Shown here piece after piece: positions 60,012-64,000 of a DNA stretch of 64,000 bases. Made by a program: the position numbers and the translations under genes. The stretch lies in the IMG/VR virus record IMGVR_UViG_3300049489_000477, positions 52,507-116,506 of that record, one strand, 5' to 3'. This stretch comes from a virus. The stretch's first letter is position 1, and each line of letters starts with the position of its first letter. The notes under the pieces were generated by a model. The model was given only the letters and a program-made list of their open reading frames with translations. It searched no databases and was not told the origin of the DNA.

Positions 60012-61895
60012 GTGAATATTATTATACCGTTAGGTGGCATTGGTGAGCGTTTTAAAAAGGAAGGGTATAGTCTTCCCAAACCCTTGGTCCGAGTTAACGG
60101 CACATGCCTACTCAATCTCGTTCTCCAGAAACTGAAAACATCACAAGAAGACACAATTTTCATAATTTATAACAAGGTACTGGATGATTACCAATTCAGT
60201 AACATCATCAAATTCCATAACAAGAATCTTAACATCAAATTTATTGAAATTGATTTTAAGACGCGAGGCGCGGCTGAAACAATATTGTGCGGTCTGAATA
60301 CATTCACAGAAGAACAATTGAACGATTTAACCTTATCAATTGACTGCGACACATACTACGACGATGACATCATCACGGCATGTAAAAAGATCAATGATAA
60401 TCTCATATTTTATTTCACCGATACCGATACAAAGCCCATTTACTCATACATTGAATTTGATCAGTCAAACAGAGTCTACGGCATTAAAGAGAAGATAAAA
60501 ATTTCGGATAATGCCAATGTTGGTGCGTACTGCTTCAAGAATGGAACGACTCTCAAAAAATACTGTGAAATATTGACCGATACGAATTTGTCAGACAAAA
60601 AAGAATACTATGTTTCAAACATATACGCAACAATGCTTACAGATGGTCATCAAGTAAAAGCCGAAAAGATAGAAAATTTCAAAGTTCTTGGAACACCAGA
60701 GCAACTTCAAACATACTGCTTGACAACGGAACATGCGAAGAAGAGAAGGTTCTGTTTTGATCTGGATAACACACTTGTAACCTATCCGCAAATAGACGGG
60801 GACTACTCATCAGTATTACCGATCAAAAAAGCAGTAGAATATGTCAGGTTTCTCAAATCACACGGACATACGATCATCATTCACACAGCCAGGCGCATGA
60901 AGACGCATAATGGCAATGTAAATGCTGTTGTTGCTGACATTGGAAAAGTCACCATCGAGACACTTGAAAAGTTCAACATTCCTTACGATGAAATTTGCTT
61001 TGGAAAGCCATATGCTGATTTCTATATTGATGACTTATCAGCAAATCCATTCGTTGATATGGAGAAGCAGACCGGCTACTATATGCCGACCATTGAAAAC
61101 AGAAAATTTAATACCATTGAAATGTTCGAAAATGAGGTTGTCAAGTATTCGAAGAGTGATTCTATCTGTGGTGAGATACATTGGTATAAGAACATACCCG
61201 AAGAAATAAGCGACCTATTTCCGAAGTTGCTAGATGCTGGTGACCATAAGCTCAGAATAGAAAAGATTCACGGAATACCCGTATCGCTTCTCTACACAAA
61301 CTTGTCGTTAACCAAATCGCATTTACACAGAATATTTGATAGCATAGATAGAATCCATAACATAAGACCATATAATATAAAAAAATTCTATGGCTACTAT
61401 ACAAAAAAGTTAATAGAACGCCACGAATTAATCAATTATGCAACCTTTAGCCCGTCATCTGAATTAACATTTGTTGATTTGATGGGTAAACTCATCAAGT
61501 ATGAAGAAACTATTCGGTTAACATGCATCCACGGTGACCCCGTATTCACCAATATACTCATATCTAACAACAGTGATATAAAGTTTATCGATATGCGTGG
61601 CATGGTGAATGGTGAACTAACAATTTGTGGCGATTATCTGTATGACATTGCAAAAATCTACCAATCAATCATTGGATATGATTTCATCCATGCAGGAAAA
61701 GAACCAGCGACCGAATACATCAACAAGATGAAGCTTATATGTGAAGCAGAAATTGTCGCCAGATATGGTGAAGAAAATCTCAAGAAAGTCAAGCTCATTT
61801 GTGCATCGTTATTGTTCACACTGATACCGCTCCATAGCGACATGCAAAAGCAACAAGAATACTACAATCTTATCGAAGGACACAATCTCTTATGA
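60012..61895 (+). CDS. Nucleotidyltransferase + HAD phosphatase + APH/choline-kinase-like fusion
   Basis: IIPLGG.G.RF...PKPL and LGTPE; FDLDNTL, TARRM and GKP...YIDD; HGD...TN, FIDMRG and YD.AK. Confidence 0.85.
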   Translation: MNIIIPLGGIGERFKKEGYSLPKPLVRVNGTCLLNLVLQKLKTSQEDTIFIIYNKVLDDYQFSNIIKFHNKNLNIKFIEIDFKTRGAAETILCGLNTFTEEQLNDLTLSIDCDTYYDDDIITACKKINDNLIFYFTDTDTKPIYSYIEFDQSNRVYGIKEKIKISDNANVGAYCFKNGTTLKKYCEILTDTNLSDKKEYYVSNIYATMLTDGHQVKAEKIENFKVLGTPEQLQTYCLTTEHAKKRRFCFDLDNTLVTYPQIDGDYSSVLPIKKAVEYVRFLKSHGHTIIIHTARRMKTHNGNVNAVVADIGKVTIETLEKFNIPYDEICFGKPYADFYIDDLSANPFVDMEKQTGYYMPTIENRKFNTIEMFENEVVKYSKSDSICGEIHWYKNIPEEISDLFPKLLDAGDHKLRIEKIHGIPVSLLYTNLSLTKSHLHRIFDSIDRIHNIRPYNIKKFYGYYTKKLIERHELINYATFSPSSELTFVDLMGKLIKYEETIRLTCIHGDPVFTNILISNNSDIKFIDMRGMVNGELTICGDYLYDIAKIYQSIIGYDFIHAGKEPATEYINKMKLICEAEIVARYGEENLKKVKLICASLLFTLIPLHSDMQKQQEYYNLIEGHNLL

Positions 61896-62590
61896 AAGTA
61901 GCTGTTTGTTTTTCTGGTCAGCCAAGATATCTCGGCAATCAGTATGAAAAGATACATAAGACTCTGATAGAGCCATATAATTCCGATGTCTTTATTCATT
62001 GCTGGTGGGATCCGTCGTATATCGGGCAAAGATTCGATTTTTCTCCCCACGCCTCATCCCGAACGGGCACCTGGGAATTCAACACAGATTTTAAAGTAAA
62101 ACAGCTATACAACCCCAAAAAAGTTGCATTTGAACCCCACAAGAACTTTGACATGACAGCCTTTGCTGGTGCTAATTTTGAGAGACAGTCGCCACACATA
62201 TTAAAGAGCATGTGGTATTCTGTTAACAAAGCAAACCAGTTAAAAGCCGAATACGAAAAAGAAAATGCGATGGTGTATGACCTTGTTATACGCACCCGTT
62301 TTGATTTGAAGATTGAGTCATTTTCGTTGGATTTGAACGCAGTAGATACGAATAAGATATATGTTTCGGGTGAAATAAATCCATTATGTAACGATCAGTG
62401 CGCTTTCTCTAGCTCAAAGAACATGGATATCTATTGTGATTTATATAACAGACTTGAATCTTATTGGGTAAATGATAAACTCCCGAGTATGGTCAATGAA
62501 AAGGTGCTAACACACCACTTAAACAAAAACAAACTTGATATACATTTTTGTAGCAAAGATGAAATGTATGTCAATATATTAAAGGTATAA
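61892..62590 (+). CDS. Putative glycosyltransferase-like protein
   Basis: KVAVCFSGQPR, DVFIH.W, YDLVIRTRFD and ND motifs, as seen in glycan clusters. Confidence 0.6.
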   Translation: MKVAVCFSGQPRYLGNQYEKIHKTLIEPYNSDVFIHCWWDPSYIGQRFDFSPHASSRTGTWEFNTDFKVKQLYNPKKVAFEPHKNFDMTAFAGANFERQSPHILKSMWYSVNKANQLKAEYEKENAMVYDLVIRTRFDLKIESFSLDLNAVDTNKIYVSGEINPLCNDQCAFSSSKNMDIYCDLYNRLESYWVNDKLPSMVNEKVLTHHLNKNKLDIHFCSKDEMYVNILKV

Positions 62591-62591
62591 T

Positions 62592-63215
62592 ATGTACTAC
62601 TCACAAGTCGGACAAGATAAATTTTTAAACGAAACCATATTTAAAAACAAGAAGCATGGTAAATTTTTAGATATCGGCGCACACGACGGTGTTACATTCA
62701 GCAACACCTGCTTCTTCGAAAAGGAACTGGAATGGTCTGGTATCTGTGTCGAACCAAATCCGACAATCTTTGATAAGCTCATAAAAAATAGGTCATGTAT
62801 ATGCATGAACAACTGCGTATCCATGTCTGATTTGGAACTTGATTTTACCGTCATCAGTGGATATTCCGAAATGTTGAGTGGTATAACAGAAAACTATGAC
62901 CCCCGCCATATAGCCAGGATTCGCCGGGAAGTCATGGCACACGGTGGAAACATACAAAGTATAAAGATAAAATCAGAAACAATAACGAGTCTGTGCGACA
63001 AGAACAACATACACGAATTCGATTTCTGCACAATTGATGTCGAAGGTAGCGAATTGTCCATTGTTAAAAGTATAGATTTCTCAAAAGTAAACATCAAATA
63101 TTTCATCGTTGAAAATAACTACGGTACTACCGATGTTCAGCAATTCCTCGAAGCTAACGGACACAAGAAAATTGCATCGGTTGATTCAGATGATGTATAT
63201 GAGAGACAAGCATGA
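62592..63215 (+). CDS. FkbM-family methyltransferase
   Basis: YSQ.GQD, FLDIGAHDG...SN, W.G..VEP and IDVEGSE motifs. Confidence 0.9.
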   Translation: MYYSQVGQDKFLNETIFKNKKHGKFLDIGAHDGVTFSNTCFFEKELEWSGICVEPNPTIFDKLIKNRSCICMNNCVSMSDLELDFTVISGYSEMLSGITENYDPRHIARIRREVMAHGGNIQSIKIKSETITSLCDKNNIHEFDFCTIDVEGSELSIVKSIDFSKVNIKYFIVENNYGTTDVQQFLEANGHKKIASVDSDDVYERQA

Positions 63216-64000
63216 AAGTAGCTTTTTATACGGAGCATCTATCTTTACGAGGCACAGAAATAGCTTTGTTTGATTATGCAAAGTATAATAAACTCATTCT
63301 CAATAATGAATCGTTTGTGCTTATCAATGGCGCTCAACCAGAACACAAGAATCCAGCCAGAGAGAAGTTTACGAACGAATTTGGTTGTGTTTACCCACAA
63401 TACTCAAGACAAACAATAGAACAATTCATAGACGAGAAGAAAATCGATGTGTTTTATAAGATATGCGCTGGACATATAGAAGAATTGCCACGCAACTGTA
63501 AGACAGCAATCCATACGGTTTTTCCAAACTTCACACCATTTGGTGATGTATATGCCTATGTCTCTGAATGGCTGCGCGACTATTCTGTTCCGTGTGAGTT
63601 AAAAGAGAAGTACGATTTCGTTCCACATATCGTGGAACTACCAACGATAGAAGAGGATATTCGTGAGAGTCTAGGTATTCCACGGGACGCCGTTGTTTTT
63701 GGTTATTATGGTGGCAACGACTCGTTTGATCTGTCATTTGTAAAAAGCTGCATACATAGAACATTAAATGAAAGAAAAGATATTTTCTTTTTGTTTATGA
63801 ATATATCACCATTTATAAACCACCCAAGAATCAAGTTCTTGCCAGGAACATTTCGTTTAGAAGATAAGGTAAAATTCATCAACACATGTGATGCCATGAT
63901 ACATGCCAGGTCACGGGGAGAAACCTTCGGATTGGCAATAGCCGAATTCTCTTTAAAAAACAAAAGAATAGTGACATACGGACAAAGTACAGAAAAATGT
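63212..64000 (+). CDS. GT4-like glycosyltransferase (partial, runs off window)
   Basis: Not in the ORF track. Own translation gives RGTEIALFDYA, FGYYGG and HAR..GETFGLAIAE. Confidence 0.82.
   Translation, partial: MKVAFYTEHLSLRGTEIALFDYAKYNKLILNNESFVLINGAQPEHKNPAREKFTNEFGCVYPQYSRQTIEQFIDEKKIDVFYKICAGHIEELPRNCKTAIHTVFPNFTPFGDVYAYVSEWLRDYSVPCELKEKYDFVPHIVELPTIEEDIRESLGIPRDAVVFGYYGGNDSFDLSFVKSCIHRTLNERKDIFFLFMNISPFINHPRIKFLPGTFRLEDKVKFINTCDAMIHARSRGETFGLAIAEFSLKNKRIVTYGQSTEKC

Noticed and set aside
1-64000. Stop-codon reassignment
   Set aside because: Core genes are full length in the standard code, and ORFs tile densely with normal overlaps.

Overview
This is a 64-kb segment of a large T4-like myovirus genome in the standard genetic code; I saw no tRNA, rRNA, CRISPR array or integrase. 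Positions 1-28.4 kb (mostly - strand) hold the virion module: portal, protease, scaffold and capsid, then neck gp13/14/15, terminase, sheath, two tube paralogs, gp26/gp51 and a probable tape measure, plus putative internal-head proteins. T4-type late promoters (TATAAATA) precede many of these genes. Positions 28.4-64 kb (mostly + strand) hold the replication, recombination and transcription genes (UvsY/W/X, gp55, gp47/46, gp43, gp41, gp33, gp32, gp45/44/62, RegA, Td, primase), interleaved with glycan genes (GT2, two GT-B enzymes, RmlB, an RmlC-RmlD fusion, a nucleotidyltransferase-HAD-kinase and FkbM). The main observations are: (1) a 55-aa ORF missing from the ORF track (56102-56269) that aligns without gaps to the portal clip segment, a possible decoy or packaging regulator; (2) a -1 slippery site joining the gp26-like and gp51-like ORFs; (3) candidate protease-processed capsid cargo proteins, including a GNAT+zincin protein, two 125-aa repeats and a GatB/YqeY-like domain; (4) an iteron-like array at 32.3-32.5 kb; (5) a recurrent TATAAT-N6-start leaderless layout. 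All calls come from motif recognition and gene order; no database searches were run.
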